Under the pieces are notes generated by a model, which saw only the letters and a list, made by a program, of their open reading frames with translations, had not been told where the DNA came from and did not search any database. A DNA stretch of 64,000 bases, taken from the NCBI RefSeq assembly GCF_009914755.1, contig NC_060926.1, one strand, 5' to 3'. Positions 1-13,225 of this stretch are shown here, one piece after another (the first letter of the stretch is position 1; the number at the start of each line of letters is the position of its first letter). The position numbers were made by a program, and so were the translations under genes. This DNA comes from the human T2T-CHM13v2.0 reference genome, Homo sapiens.

Positions 1-549
1 ACTGAGGTCCTAAATGGCAGAACCAGGACTAGTAAACCATGTTATTAGGTTTCTGCTTCTATATAGTCACAATGAACTGCAGCCACATCTCCCAGAACAA
101 TAAATTAGCAAGTAGACAGAAGTCTTTCTTTCCACCCTCAAAAGAGGTTTTTAGCCTTTACAATTAGCTTTTCAATAAAGATACAAGAATAACTATTTCA
201 TTGATGTGCTCTCAGCAGATCTTAGACTTTCCATTATTTATTTCCTTTGTTTAGTTCAATGTGAAAGTGCTTGGCTTTAATCTTCATTTCACTTAGTTTT
301 ATCAAAATATAAAACCCCTACATTTGCATAGGCTATCCCAGGGTCCAGAAAGCATTCACACTTTGTCCATCTGATACACCCTCAAAACAACGCTAGCTGA
401 GGTAAAAGCAGGTGGGTGTATCTTTACCTCAGAAGGATCCTTGACCTGCCCAATGCGACATCAGTGGTGAGCCTCAGAAACAGGGCAAAAAAAAATTGAT
501 CTCTTTAGTGTAAACTCAATGTTTTTAATTTACAGGAAATGCATTCACT

Positions 550-550
<1 letters not shown>

Positions 551-588
<38 letters not shown>
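551..588. repeat. (GT)19 microsatellite
   Basis: Uninterrupted GT run read directly. Confidence 0.97.
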
Positions 589-591
<3 letters not shown>

Positions 592-2119
592 AGGCAGGGG
601 AGCAATTACATAATAGGAAGAAATTATCTAAATTATTCTTATTTCACATGTCTTCTAGAAATATAATTGTCACTTTTGCACTCCACTTCCACTTCCTGGC
701 AATTTTTCTGCTGCCATAATTCAAAAACAGACTCTTTGGCCGTTCCTTCACATTCCTTTCCCTTTTGTCTTTACAGCCTCATCACTTCCTTCTACCGATC
801 TTCATTTCCTGCTTTTGAGACTTTCCCGCTGCCTCCTCCTGTCATCTTCAGGTCCCAAATGCAGTTTTGCCAGATTCCACATCCAAAATTAACATCATTT
901 CCTCTTTGGCTACACTAGTAAAGGTGCTTCCTTTTATCCCTCCAGATCCATATGTAGCCCAAGTTTGAAGAACTTTCTTCTCCCTTTTTAGAGTTGTATA
1001 AGCTTCCTGAGAGCTGGCTCTACAATCTCCATACTCTCCAGCCCACATCACAGTACAGCACTGAAAACAGTGCCTTTTATACTTTGGGTAGGCATAGGTA
1101 TTTGAGAAATGAGCCATGAACTCAAAAAGATAGCTTCAGGGAAGTCATGAGCAAGGGTGACGGCAGGAAGCACTGCTTGCCTTTCTTCACCACCCAACTT
1201 CTGCCCTCTGGCCCTTTTTCAGTCCTCCACTTTGCTCCCCACTGGCATGCCACACATGTGAGACAGCATGAGGTATGACTACTGTTCCATCAAGTAGGGA
1301 GGATGCTGAATGCATCAATGACACATTGCCTCAAGGTTCCATTCCACTATAAGTATATAAGCAATTGTTCTTTGGCCAGTGCATGTTTTTATGCAGTAAA
1401 CTAGTTCTCATTTTGCTGGACATTTATTACAACATTTACCCATTACAAAGAACCTCATTATGTTTAATATATATGAAAACACGTTCATTTGATAGGCCTA
1501 TTACTTGATCCATTTTATTTGGGTATACAGGATAACACAGGATATTTTCCTTCAATAAAATAGTGAGAAATTTTTGATCTAAGAAGCTTCAATATCACTT
1601 TTTTTTTTAGTACGCAACACATTGGTATACTGTCTGGGGGCAATCTATATAAATGGAATGAATCCTACTTAAAAATCATTTGTTGACATAAATTATTGAG
1701 AATTTCATATTTTAAAAATATTATAAATTTCTTTACATTTAGAAACCAAATATACTTCTATAAATGCCACACTTATTTGGAATATATTTCTGTACAGTGT
1801 AAGTTGAATATTCATTTATATTTTTCTGCAAAAATTAGTTGTTCATTCTTTAATTCATATACATTTTAGCTTCCTTTTTCTTTTTTTTTTTTCCCAAATC
1901 CACAACTTTTAAAAATTTTCAACAGGACTTCCCTTTCTGAAAGTTAATGCCTTGATTAACATTTCACAATAAATTATAACTATGATTTATACTTGATTTT
2001 TCTTTGATTTCATTCTAAATTAAGTTTCTATTTTAATATGATTAGAGGCTTTGAAGAAACAATGGGATCTGGGAAACATACTTCCGCTTTATATTAAAAA
2101 ACAGATTTATCATTACAAT

Positions 2120-2222
2120 TGTTCCAAGAGGACTGGCCTTTTTCTATTTTATTCATTGATTTATCCCAACATCTAGAACAGTGCTTGGTGTTCAGGGGGC
2201 ACTAAACAAATACATCAAATGC
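2120..2222 (+). mobile_element. L2 LINE 3' end fragment
   Basis: 'attcattgatttatcccaacatctagaacagtgcttgg...cactaaacaaatac' resembles the L2 3' terminus. Confidence 0.55.
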
Positions 2223-2272
2223 CTCCTATCCACTGCACTTTACCCACTGGGGACTTGGAAGGTCAGGAGAGG

Positions 2273-2495
2273 CCCTTACTGTGCCAGACATTATAGTAAG
2301 CAATGTCACATAATCTCATTTAACTATCATAAATATTCTTTGTGGTAACTTTCAACATCCCCATTTCACAGATGAGGAAATAGATGCATTGAGAAGTTAA
2401 GGTTTTCATGTAAGATAACAGAGGTAATAAATTGCAAGGTTAGAATAAATGCCTTGAAGTCTGTCTGTCTGCAAAGTCTAGGCTCTTAACAACAC
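2273..2495 (-). mobile_element. MIR SINE
   Basis: 'gtgccagaca...tctcatttaa...ccccatttcacagatgaggaaa...gagaagttaa...gctcttaac' is the reverse-complement MIR core. Confidence 0.85.
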
Positions 2496-2946
2496 CCTAA
2501 GTTGCCTGCCTTCACCCAAAAGTATTGTAACTAGAAGGAACATTAATTACTCTTCCTCTATCTCCACACTGTATATGAATATTCAGACTGACTGAGATAA
2601 AATTACTTGCAAAAAGAAATCTTTGCAAGTCAGTGCCACAATTAAGTCACGACCTAGTACCATTAATCTGTTTTGGTTTTTAGAAGGGTGGCATTCTCCT
2701 ACCTTGAAACATCAAAACTCATCTAATGAGAAGAGACCTTGTTCAAGGGTAATGTGTAGCTTGCAGTTAGAACAGGTGAGAGGCTTGACAGTAGCAAGAC
2801 CGACTGCTGGTTTACAGCAATGTGAATGTCTGGTGCTTGGACTTTCCAGGAAGCAGGCCAGTGCCATATTTCTGGCTGGCTGTCTCTGACTTGAATTTAG
2901 GGTCCTCCAAGATACTGGAGCACTACCTCCCAGAACCTCACGTAGT

Positions 2947-3075
2947 CCATTCATCAATATATCCAACAAATATATATATGGTGTTTCAAATATGTGGTAG
3001 GCACTGATCTCAGATTTGGATATATGGAGATAAAGAAAACAAAGTTTCTGACCTTAGAAAATTCACAATCTTATT
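2947..3075 (-). mobile_element. L2 3' end fragment
   Basis: 'cattcatc...caacaaatat...tatgtggtaggcactg...ctgaccttagaaaattcacaatct'. Confidence 0.6.
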
Positions 3076-3261
3076 GTATGTGTAGGTGCATGTCTGCATA
3101 TACATCTTAAAATATCATTGCAAGTTCTTTGTGTAGTATGAAATTGTAAGGGAAAGGACATATCTTTCATTCTCATCTAGGTTCATGACTAGAATCTTAC
3201 CTCAAGTATCAAGTGGTTAGTGTTCATTCTTGCCCATATATATACTAGTATGTACTTTTAC

Positions 3262-3403
3262 TATTCACATTTTACAGAGAAAGAAACTGAGTTTCAGAGA
3301 CCTCCAGGTGACTGGATTAGCTTCTCACAGCAAATGGTGACAATTCAAGGTTGAAAGAATCTCTGGTCTCTTTGATACCAAAGACAAAGTTCTAATCCAC
3401 CAC
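3262..3403 (-). mobile_element. MIR fragment
   Basis: 'cattttacagagaaagaaactgagtttcagaga' MIR core. Confidence 0.65.
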
Positions 3404-4624
3404 GGAAGAAAAGGTTCAGGAAAAGGTTCACAGAAGAACTCACGAGATATGTCTGTGGTCCTACTTTTAGACGTGCATTTTTTTGTGGAGATTGCTTCCT
3501 CACCTGAGCCTCAGTTTAACATGAACTGTTCAAGCGTAACAACAAATTAGGTGCATGAATTTCTCTTTACTTTTTCAGAAGCCAGTTTTATTCCATTTAG
3601 CAAACATAAATAGTGATTTCCTCTGCCACATTGCTCAACTATAGCTTATTAATGGCTTCCACTTTTCCTTGCTTGTGCCTTAAGGGTCCTCAGTAATTAC
3701 CCAACAGCTGTTTAGACACATAGCCCCAGAGGCTGGTATGGTCTCCTATTTGCTACATTAGGAAAATTCTATGGTACAGCAACATGAGTGACAGCATCAA
3801 TATACCTTCATAAAATGATGAGGTTCTATACAGCTAGGGTTTCCCCTTCCTTCTAAAATAACTTTACTTTTTCATGTCATTTAGAACCCCCAAAAAAGGA
3901 TTACTACTTCTGATGCACCATCTGAAGACTATCCTGGATACTTTTATATTAATTAGAAACTGAAATGCTTGACATGCAAACGCTGTGGTAGCCGTCTCTC
4001 CCCAGGCAGGCCTGTTGTTATATTCATGAAGTGCTTCCTGAAAGCTTCTTAGACTTGCAGAGGCTGGGAAGGGAATTGTTTGGTCTGTCCATCACTGCAA
4101 TTCCTCCTATTTGTTATTTGTATTATTCCTTAAGGCCTTCACTCCCTACAGATTCTGTGACAGTATTGATATTACAATGTACATAGCATATATTTTTCAA
4201 GAGTCTGAGGGTACATGTACAAAGTCTATTTCAATTCCTCTCAACAGGCACTGAAATGCTATAAACTAAACAAAATGTCCTTACCACAGCTTGCATAATG
4301 TAGAAAAGTATATCATCTGCAAGGAAAAGCTGCAGATTCTATTTTGCTTTCAGTATTTTGAACACCACACCTGCCCTGCTATATTCAGGGCTAGATCTTT
4401 GCACAGGGAGTTAGTGGCCACCTACATGGTATGTTTTGAAACATACAGAAATGGACATCTTGCTCAACACATACCCCCATTAGGTACCAAATGCTCCACT
4501 TTCCTATCTTCAAATTCTAGCCAAGTATGAATGGTTAACATTTCAAGAAAATGATGGTATTGTCCAAAAACAATTCCTACAAAACCTATTTCTTCTCTAA
4601 TTAATATATTAGAAGGGTTTAGGA

Positions 4625-4849
4625 TAAGCTTCTCCAACCAGCAACCTGTAGGCCGCAGGAGGCCCAGGACAGCTTTGAATGCAGCCCAACACAAATTTGT
4701 AAACTTTCTTAAAACACTATGAGTTTTTTTTCTTTTGTTTTGTTTTGTTTTTGCGATTTTTTTTGTTGTTGTTAGTATATTCTCTGTGTGGCCCAAGGCG
4801 ATTCTTCTTCCAATGTGGTCAAGGGAAGCCAAAAGATTGGGAATCCCTT
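4625..4849 (-). mobile_element. MER30 hAT-Charlie MITE, full length
   Basis: 'ggcccaggacagctttgaatgcagcccaacacaaatttgtaaactttcttaaaac...ttcttccaatgtgg..agggaagccaaaagattgg'; 8-bp TSD gtttagga/gtttaggg. Confidence 0.9.
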
Positions 4850-5000
4850 GTTTAGGGCATCAAGTAGTAAATCCTGAACCTCTGGGTTCTGAAACAATGA
4901 GAATTTTGATCAGGGAAATTTCTGTATCAGAGAGTAAGGTCCAACCTAATGGTAGCTTATAAGGAATAAGATGAGGACACTAGCACTGAAGGTGTAGATC

Positions 5001-5192
5001 CAGGACTTCCCAACTTGAGACAGAATAAAACTTCTCTAGAGATGTTGTAAAATCATTGATTCTTAGACTCTACCCCCAGTGATTCTCATTTATTTGACCT
5101 GGCATGACATCCAGAAAGCCTAATTTTTAACAAACACACAGATGATTCTGATAAATCATTAGGATGCATGGAGCACTATTTGAGAAATGATG
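5001..5192 (-). mobile_element. MER5A-like hAT-Charlie MITE
   Basis: 'ctctacccccagtgattctcatt...tttttaacaaacacacagatgattctgat...tttgagaaatgatg'. Confidence 0.65.
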
Positions 5193-5808
5193 CCCAGTAA
5201 TAATAAAACAAGATACAGGTGATAGAGGCCAGAGAAGAAAACATGTCCAAGACATCTTCATCTGCTTCGCAGTGTTTCCCAGGGCTATTGTGCTCTTTGA
5301 CTTAAACCGTTCATCATGTCCTTTTGCTCATTGAAACACCATCCACATACTATACATATTTTTTCTGCCTCCAAAGAAATTATTTTCTCTAGAAAATCAC
5401 CTTGTTCCTTCCAACTTTGCTGCTTGTTCTCACATCTCTGTCTTTTAGATTCATGAGTTTTGAGAGGATTCTTGGTTCTTCTGGGAAATTAACCTTCGGA
5501 CTCTCCTTTGTGCTTCTTAGACATTGGTTTTTGTTTGAGCTTCAGCTCTGTTCCCTCTGTTTTCAGTTTATTGACCTCCTCTCCATGATCTCTGGTAACA
5601 AACTGCCTATTCTAACCTGACCCTATGGAACCTTTAAATTGGAGACTGAAGTCTAAGTTATCTCTTTAGATAAATAGAAAAAATTAGAGAAAATGCAAAA
5701 ACACATGTTTGGCATTGTACTGGTTTAGAATTGGCTAATTCTGTTTGGGTTGGACTAATTTCACAATTACTTGCATGCCTTTAGGATACATGACAATTAA
5801 TGTAGTAA

Positions 5809-5987
5809 AGGTAATTTCAATTCATTCTGGGTTGCAGAAAAATGTGAATCTGGAACTTTCAAATGCATATGCATAATTCACATATGAATCATCCAGAATT
5901 CACAATCTATGTGTGTCACAGTATGCACTACATCCACTTATTGATTCTACTGCAATTTTCTGTATCCCAAATACAATTTTGAGCCTA
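5809..5987. mobile_element. Ancient palindromic MITE-like element, family not established
   Basis: Outer arms tgggttgcagaaaa (5828-5841)/ttttctgtatccca (5956-5969); inner arms tgtgaatctgga (5843-5854)/tccagaattcaca (5892-5904). Confidence 0.5.
5863..5874. promoter_or_regulatory. Perfect MORE motif ATGCATATGCAT (POU homodimer site), function untested
   Basis: Exact 12-bp palindrome. Confidence 0.35.
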
Positions 5988-6139
5988 AAGATTTAAGAAT
6001 ATTTTTATTACTTTAACTTTTCTTATTTTAGTTGGCTGAAAATACCTAGAACCTATTTCCCAATAGCTGAAACCCTGCTTTCTGATTCTATGCATCTGAA
6101 TCTCAATGGCACCATCTCTAGGAAAATTGTTACTTAAAT

Positions 6140-6315
6140 ATTTCAAATACAATCTTTATAAAGCTCCTACTATGGTCAGGCACTTGCTCAGGGGCTAGGA
6201 ACATAATGCTGAACAAACAGATCCTCTAGGAGCTTACAGTCTATTATGGCAGACAGACGACAAATGCACAATTAAACAAACCAATTATTTAAATCATTTA
6301 TGAATGCTAAAAGGA
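6140..6315 (-). mobile_element. L2 3' end fragment
   Basis: 'agctcctactatggtcaggcacttgctcaggggctagg...ggagcttacagtcta'. Confidence 0.7.
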
Positions 6316-6540
6316 ATATTAAAATTTATTGCAGAAAACCTTCTGCATTTTCCAAACAGAATGCGTAACTTTCCTTCTCCCTCTTACAAAAGAAAATAAT
6401 TATAAGACAAACTAAGGAACAAACAGCATGCTTCTCTCTTCAAAGAAACTTGGCTAAGCCAAGTAATTTTCTGCTATAGCAGAAAATATTTATCCCAAAT
6501 CTCTAACTTAAAAATAAACTTTTGAGAATTCAAAGTTTAA

Positions 6541-6543
<3 letters not shown>

Positions 6544-6586
<43 letters not shown>
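6544..6586. repeat. (GT)21 microsatellite followed by a G-rich tract
   Basis: Direct reading. Confidence 0.97.
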
Positions 6587-6587
<1 letters not shown>

Positions 6588-8029
6588 CGTGGCGGGGGCG
6601 GGTGGGTAGAAGGATAGGCATTGGGTTTTTTTCTCTACATTGATGATTTAAAAAAAAAAATCTTCTCCAACTTTGGCTCCAGAATTACCATGTGGAACCA
6701 AAGGCAAAGCCCTTGATTCGCTTGAAAAATTTAGCAGGAAAGTATCTGTAGTTAATTTTGGGTTACACAATGTCCTTCACTGTCTGGGCATAGAAAAGCT
6801 AGCTAGCTCATCTCATCCAGAAACTCTGCCATGAGTTTAAAAACCAAAGCACATACTTTGATATTCACTCTGAACCAAGATAAAGCTTTAGGTTGACATA
6901 ATAAAAGATGGAGTTAACATTCCTAAAAAAAAAAAAACAAAAACTATGAAGCTGTAGGATATATTTCAGTCTTATTTTGCAATAAAAATGACCTAATGCT
7001 ATCTATCACCTTCTTTGAAGAACAATACTTCTTAATAAAAGGCATAGAGATATTTATCCTTCAAATTAAAAAAAATCATGTAATTTTTGGTTCTTTCACA
7101 TGTATGCTTTCAGAAGAGAAAAAACAAATCATGTTAAACTTTACAGTATCAAATGTGATAAACTAAAAGCATAATTAACTTGTTCTCTTAACATAATATG
7201 GTTGTTTTGCTAGATCCCAGTATACTACTTTTTCCACAGGCCACGTTTTTCCTCAGTATGCACAAATGAAAAAGAGATTAAAGAATTTGTGTGACCTACA
7301 ATAAGGTCAGCTTCTAATTATTATGCTAATTCCATGTACTAGATTTAATAGATCTACTACTTTTCTACCAGTTAATAAAATAGACTCTAAAACACTATCT
7401 ACTATCTAAGAAGGGTGCCCTCTCATACCTTAAAATACTCTGTTTGAATAGCTGTGAAGGATAGTAAAATGTCTTACTATTCTGTTATTGATCCTGAATT
7501 TTAAACAGATAAATGCCAACCAGAATTAACTTATTTCATGCAGCAACATCTCAACTCTTTATGTTTTATTTTTGAAAGAGCCATTTTTCTGAAATTCCCC
7601 TACTAGATAAATAATCTGCCGAATCAAATAACTGATCTATTGGCAATCCCCTCAACTGACCAAATAGGCTACAATGAGTTAATCACGCAAAATGCTCACC
7701 ACTTGAAGTCAGAAATCCAAATTTTGTGCTCTCTTCAACCGACTCTGCAAAGTATTTGAGCTTGTGACTTATTTGAGAAAGTAACAATTTATTAACAACA
7801 CAGCGTATAAAATGGTAGGTTTTGCTGTGGTTTTGGAGGTCAGTTTATCAAAGTGAGGCCCTTCTCTAATCATATGCAAGAATTGAATCAACTAAAAAAC
7901 ACATGTTTGGATGGATCATATAATTTAAAATCTGGATTATGCAGTGTAGAACTGTGAAAAAAAGGTGAAAACCTGCTTTCTATTCTTGGTTCAATTAATT
8001 AAGTGTGTGTACCTCCCACCTTTTATAAG

Positions 8030-8745
8030 CATCTTCTTAAGACACCGTTGACATTCAGTAAACAACACATGTTGAAAATATGTAATATAAAATATCATAG
8101 ATGATATTTTATACATCTATGAAACTGCAAAATAATCAAAGGTAACAAGCATACCTATCACCCCATACATTTTTCGAGCCTCTTTGTAACCTCTTGTTCC
8201 CTTCCACCGATTCTCCTGGTAGGAGGCCAACATTTATGTGTTTTCTGTCACTACAGATTAGTTTACAATTTCTAGAATTTAAGTAATTGAGATAATAAAG
8301 TAAGTAGACTTTTTTGCCTGGTTTCTGTCACTCAACATAATTATTTTGAGATTCATCTATGATATGCACATCAGTTGTTCATTCGCTCTCATTGCTCAGT
8401 AGTATTTCTTGCATGTATATGCCATATTAGTCTATGCAAGTTCTGGTGGTTTCCAGTTTTTGTCTTTTACAATTAAAGCTGTCACAAACATTCAAAAACA
8501 AGTCACTACAGTGAATTTTTCTTTCATTTCTCTTAAACAATTACTGGGGAGTATAATGGCTAGATTATAGGGTAGGTATATGTTTAGCTTTTTAGAGATA
8601 TATGGTAGGTATAGGTTTAACTTTTTTGAGAACCTCACAAATTATTTTCCAAATAATTATTTTCCAAAGAAGTTGTACCATTTCACATTCCCATGAATGG
8701 TATGTGAGAGTTTCAGTTCTTCCACATTTTCGCCAACACTTGGTA
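8030..8745 (-). mobile_element. Old L1M (L1MC/MD-type) 3' fragment
   Basis: 'ttttctgtcactacagattagttt..tctagaattt...cactcaacataattattttgagattcatc...gttgtaccatttcacattccca...tatgtgagagtttcagttcttccacattttcgccaacacttggt'. Confidence 0.85.
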
Positions 8746-8986
8746 AGGGCATGACAATAAACAGAGTGTTTGCTTCATGGGAATAAATGATTGTATTGGG
8801 ATGTTTATATGGCTGCTTCTTACTCTGAAGTTCCATCATTCAGAATAGATTATGCAGGTAAAAAAATAGTCAACAGCTTTAAATACCAATTGTAATTGTT
8901 ACAATATTTTAGAACTACTAACCCAGTATTCTGGGTCAAACCAGGTAGACAGTATACATTAGTTCCAAGTTCCAGAGCATAAAATA

Positions 8987-9054
<68 letters not shown>
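8987..9054. repeat. Compound microsatellite (ATG)12(TG)17, sharing 2 nt
   Basis: Direct reading. Confidence 0.95.
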
Positions 9055-9055
<1 letters not shown>

Positions 9056-11304
9056 TGAAGCTCATTTAAAAAACTTTATTGATTCTAGGATTAGAGAACA
9101 CACGCATGGCGTGGTGAGAGTATATAAAAGAGAAATCCAGTGAAAAATAACTCATTTTGCTTTTAAGTAGCTTTACTTGAATGAAATTTGCTTTATTACC
9201 ATATACTTCTTCATTCTTCAAAAGCAATTGGGATGCTTTACTCATTTATGAACTTGTGCTTTTATTCTAAAGATTTAAAAAATTTATAAATTGAAATATA
9301 AAGAATTTACACAATTTCTTTCATTTTTACAGACTTAACTCAGTCAAGTAAACTGCACTTTTCTTTTTCTGATGATGCATCTTAATTGCATATTATCAAC
9401 ATAGTTTGCTATTCAGCAGGGACAATTTCATAATTGCTATCTTCAGAGAAGTAAAATAATAGAGGGCTTCTTCTATTAACATTTAGTAAAGTGTTACAAA
9501 TAGCACTTGGTGAATGAAGGGCTTCAAATTATTAGAAGGACATAATATTGGTTACACATGTTCACAGAATAAGAAAGATATTTTTAGTTCCTTTCAGTAT
9601 ATCAATTTCTGTGAAATAAATAGCATTCTGCAAGTAATGATATGTTACTGGGCAAGTAAAGCTATGTTGTTAATTTATAATGACCAGGATAGAATGTAAT
9701 ATAAATGGGATGAGCAAAGGAAATTCGTTGGTTCACTGCTGCATCAAATCTGAACTCTGAGTTTTCTCCTTATATCCATCCTTTAATGCTCAGCTCAAAA
9801 TAGATCTCTAAGAAACGTTCTCTATTGTTTCCCTATTACAAAGTATATTTTCCTTCTTTAACATACTGTATCCCTTCTTATCTTTACCACCTATATGTTT
9901 CTGTTTTTACCCCTGGCTTTATATTCCTAAGTATTATTGCATCTTTGTATCTATTCTAACTGCATTAAAAGTTCCCAGAGTTTTGGAGCCATAGTCTGAA
10001 GTTGGTTAAGTCCCAGTGACAAAGTTTACTAGCATCTTTCTCATTACTTACATTTGTATAATGCTTTATGTATTTCAGAAAATTTTCACATTTGATATTG
10101 TCTATGGCATAACAAAATGCCTTAAACCAAGTAAGAATTCTATACATCACTCATCAATGATGGTTTCTCTTGGGTTGTCTTTGTGTAATAAGATGCTTTT
10201 TAGAAACAATGGGAGCTGTAAAGTATTTCGAATGGTATTTCAATTCTAGCAGTGTCTAATGTCTCAACGTCTCCTTTCTTTTTCAACAAAGCCTCCATTT
10301 TACTGCTTTCCAGGGTCACACTTGATTATCCATTCAGAGCCTCAGTGGCATTTTCACAGATCATACACTATATGATATGTGGGACAATAAAATAAAATAG
10401 TGAAATAAGAGTGATTATCTCAAGGTCTCCTTACTTAATCAGTGTTCTTTTTTTCAAGCTTAAGGGAATGGCTCAAAGAGTGAAAAATATAGTCAACATG
10501 TGAAAAATTTTTGTTTGCTTCTTTACAGTCTACAAGCTTATTAAATCATTACTGCAATATATTCTCCAGCCAAATATTGGTATCCATAAGTTATATGAAA
10601 GGAATAATTGCATATCATGCAGCAGGGAGAAGAAAATGCATTGATTATGGGATTTAAGAAGAAATACTGCTCTGTAACTATCTGTACAATTGGTACAATA
10701 GGTTGTGTTTTGCTTTAAACTGGACAGTTGTGCTGTGATATCAATATTTCTTCTCTTGGAGTAGCTTAGTACAACCAGCGGCAAACAGTCTCCTCAATTA
10801 CTTCAATGTGTCATTCAAATATCATCATTTTGGCGGGCATTCTGATGTGTAAAAGTTTGGAACGCATGGATAGCATTAACAGCATAGGGATTCCTCCTCC
10901 TCCTGGTTACAGAGCATGTGTATCAGTTTTGTGCCTTAGAGATACAGCATTATGGAATAGGAATTTCAGGTGGGAATTTCATAATCAAAGGTTATGATTA
11001 TGGGGTGAGAGAAATGAAGGAGGAGGTAAATAGAGGAAAGGTCAGATTCAAACCCAGATGCATTGTGATATACAAAAAGCATAGGCTGTTTTTCAGTGTC
11101 GAAATAAAAATCGCTGAGGATGGTGCTGGTCAGGGGATACAGGCCCTCCAGGTGATGAAGTTTATGGGATTTGTGGGAACTGGAGAGAAGAAAATCTACG
11201 CAGGAGAAATGGGAGGGGAGGAGTGGTGGCCATCAGGAAATTGAGTGTAGCCAGCTGGTCTGAAGAAAGAGTTTACTCAAAGAAATAACAAACAATGCAT
11301 TTGG

Positions 11305-11412
11305 GGATTTAAGCTCTGAGCATGTAGAAGGCAAGGCTCAGTCTTACTTTAGTTCGACCCCGGTGACAGGCATGGGACCTGGAACATGGTGGAGCTCAGT
11401 TTATTAAGTGAG
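11305..11412 (+). mobile_element. L2 3' end fragment
   Basis: 'gaaggcaaggctcagtcttac...gcatgggacctggaacatggtggagctcagt'. Confidence 0.45.
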
Positions 11413-11954
11413 GTAGCAAAAAACAGTTGAAAAAACTCGGCAGGATTAGGGAGACTGAGCTTTATCTTTTTAAGTCTTTGAAAAGTCCCAGAGAGGTTTT
11501 GGAGTAGAATATAATTTTTCCTGAAATACTCATTGCAATAGAAATAAATAGCAATATCAAAAATACAAACAGAAACTATCTTTTTGTATAACATTTTAAA
11601 CTTTACAAGATGCTTCTATAATCACTATTTATTATCCTCACTTGGAGATACAGCATAACTATTAACTAACCACTGAACTATTTATTGCTAATAAAGTAGA
11701 CAGTATAGCTAAGCAAGTTTCAAAACAAATTATTTTGGGTGACACATATCACTTGAATAAAATACTATATAATATTCTAATAATGATTTTTAAAAGGTCC
11801 TTTTTATTCCCATCCATCATTAAATTTGTCATAATCACATCCCAGATTATAAACAATGTAAATTAATATGGTAACCCTCATATATATGTAGAGATCTGAG
11901 ACAAAAATTGTGATTTTTTTACAGAAATGCATGTTGGCTTTTCCACAGCTACTC

Positions 11955-12035
11955 AAAAAAAATAAATAAATAAATAAAAATAGAAATAAAAATAAAAATA
12001 AAAAAAGATAAATCCAAAAACAACAACAAAAAAAA
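11955..12035. repeat. A-rich low-complexity tract (AAAT/AAAAAT/AAC)
   Basis: Direct reading. Confidence 0.85.
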
Positions 12036-12574
12036 CGGAATTAATCAGACCTCAAATTTAGAATAGTAATCTCCAAAAAGGCTACTGCTAGCATAATTTT
12101 CAAGGCTAATCCAAAAGGAGAACACAACATGAACCAGTAATTCCAACACATAATTTTTGTTATAGACAAAATAAATTTTAGGAGTAGTTTTATACATGTA
12201 TAGTCCATATTGTCACACTGTATTCAATTATTTTTAATCCTAGCTGCATATATTTATCTAGGGAAAATATGAATCTTAAGAGCGTTGCACTATGTATCTA
12301 ATGAATAAATACAGGTCTTTTCTCACTCTGCTATATTCCTAAAGATTAGTTCAAGGTGAAAAAGCATCATACATGTTCCAAAAGTTTGCCATAAAATCAG
12401 TAAGAAGCTGTTCACATTTATATATTAACAAAGTAATCATTTATCATTAAAAAAAAACTAGTGAAAACTGAACAAGTGCTCTTCCATATATTTAATGCTA
12501 TTTATTTTTATTATTTTGCTGAGATATAGGTATGGCTTTCTGTTTTTATTGTAACGTAAACAATATTAAGTATA

Positions 12575-13225
12575 ACTTTCTTTTAAAAAATAATTTTAGA
12601 TTTACAGAAGAGCTGCAGTGTTAGTACAGACAGTTACCATGTATGTTCTTCACCCAGTTTGTCCTAATGCTAATCTGTTACATTACCATAGGATAGTTAT
12701 TAAAAGAAACTAACATGGATTCAATATTATTCACCAAATTACAGACTTTATGTGGACTTCACCAGTTTTTCCATGAATCTTCTTATTCTGTACCTGGATC
12801 CAATTTAGGATCGTACCTCACATTTAGTTGTCCTGTCTCCCTAATTCCCTTGGTGGGAGCACTAAGGAAACACTGACTCTTTTAAAGAGTATAGATCAGT
12901 TATTTTGTAGAATGTGCTGCTGTTTAGGTTTGTCTGATATTTTCTCATTATTAGATTGAGGTTATGCATTTATTTAAAGAATATTCCAGAAGCAGTAAGT
13001 CCTTCTCAGAGCATGATGTCTGGAGGTAAATGATATTGCTTGGTGATCTTTGATCACTTGGTTTAGTTGGTGTCCGCTGTGTTACTCCACTGTAAAAGTT
13101 ACTATGTATCACTTTAGAGTTAATAAATACCATTGGAAAGACACTTTAAGATTATGTAAATATCTTTTCTCTTCTTAAATTTTTACCCACTAATTTTAGC
13201 ATGTATCTGTGGAGCTTATCTGCTT
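12575..13225 (-). mobile_element. L1MC4/L1MC5-type 3' end
   Basis: 'aataattttagatttacagaagagctgca...cacccagttt..cctaatg...acagacttta..ttcaccagtttt...ggatccaat...catttagttgtcctgtctcc...ttattttgtagaatgt...tgatcacttgg...ctccactgtaaa'. Confidence 0.88.

Noticed and set aside
848-1117. 89-aa ATG ORF on the minus strand as a processed pseudogene or small protein
   Set aside because: No recognisable homology, poly(A) or TSD. The DNA ('ctctcaggaagcttatacaactcta', purine-rich continuation) looks like a degenerate L2.
4464-4962. 122-aa and 75-aa ORFs
   Set aside because: They span the MER30 MITE and have no coding features
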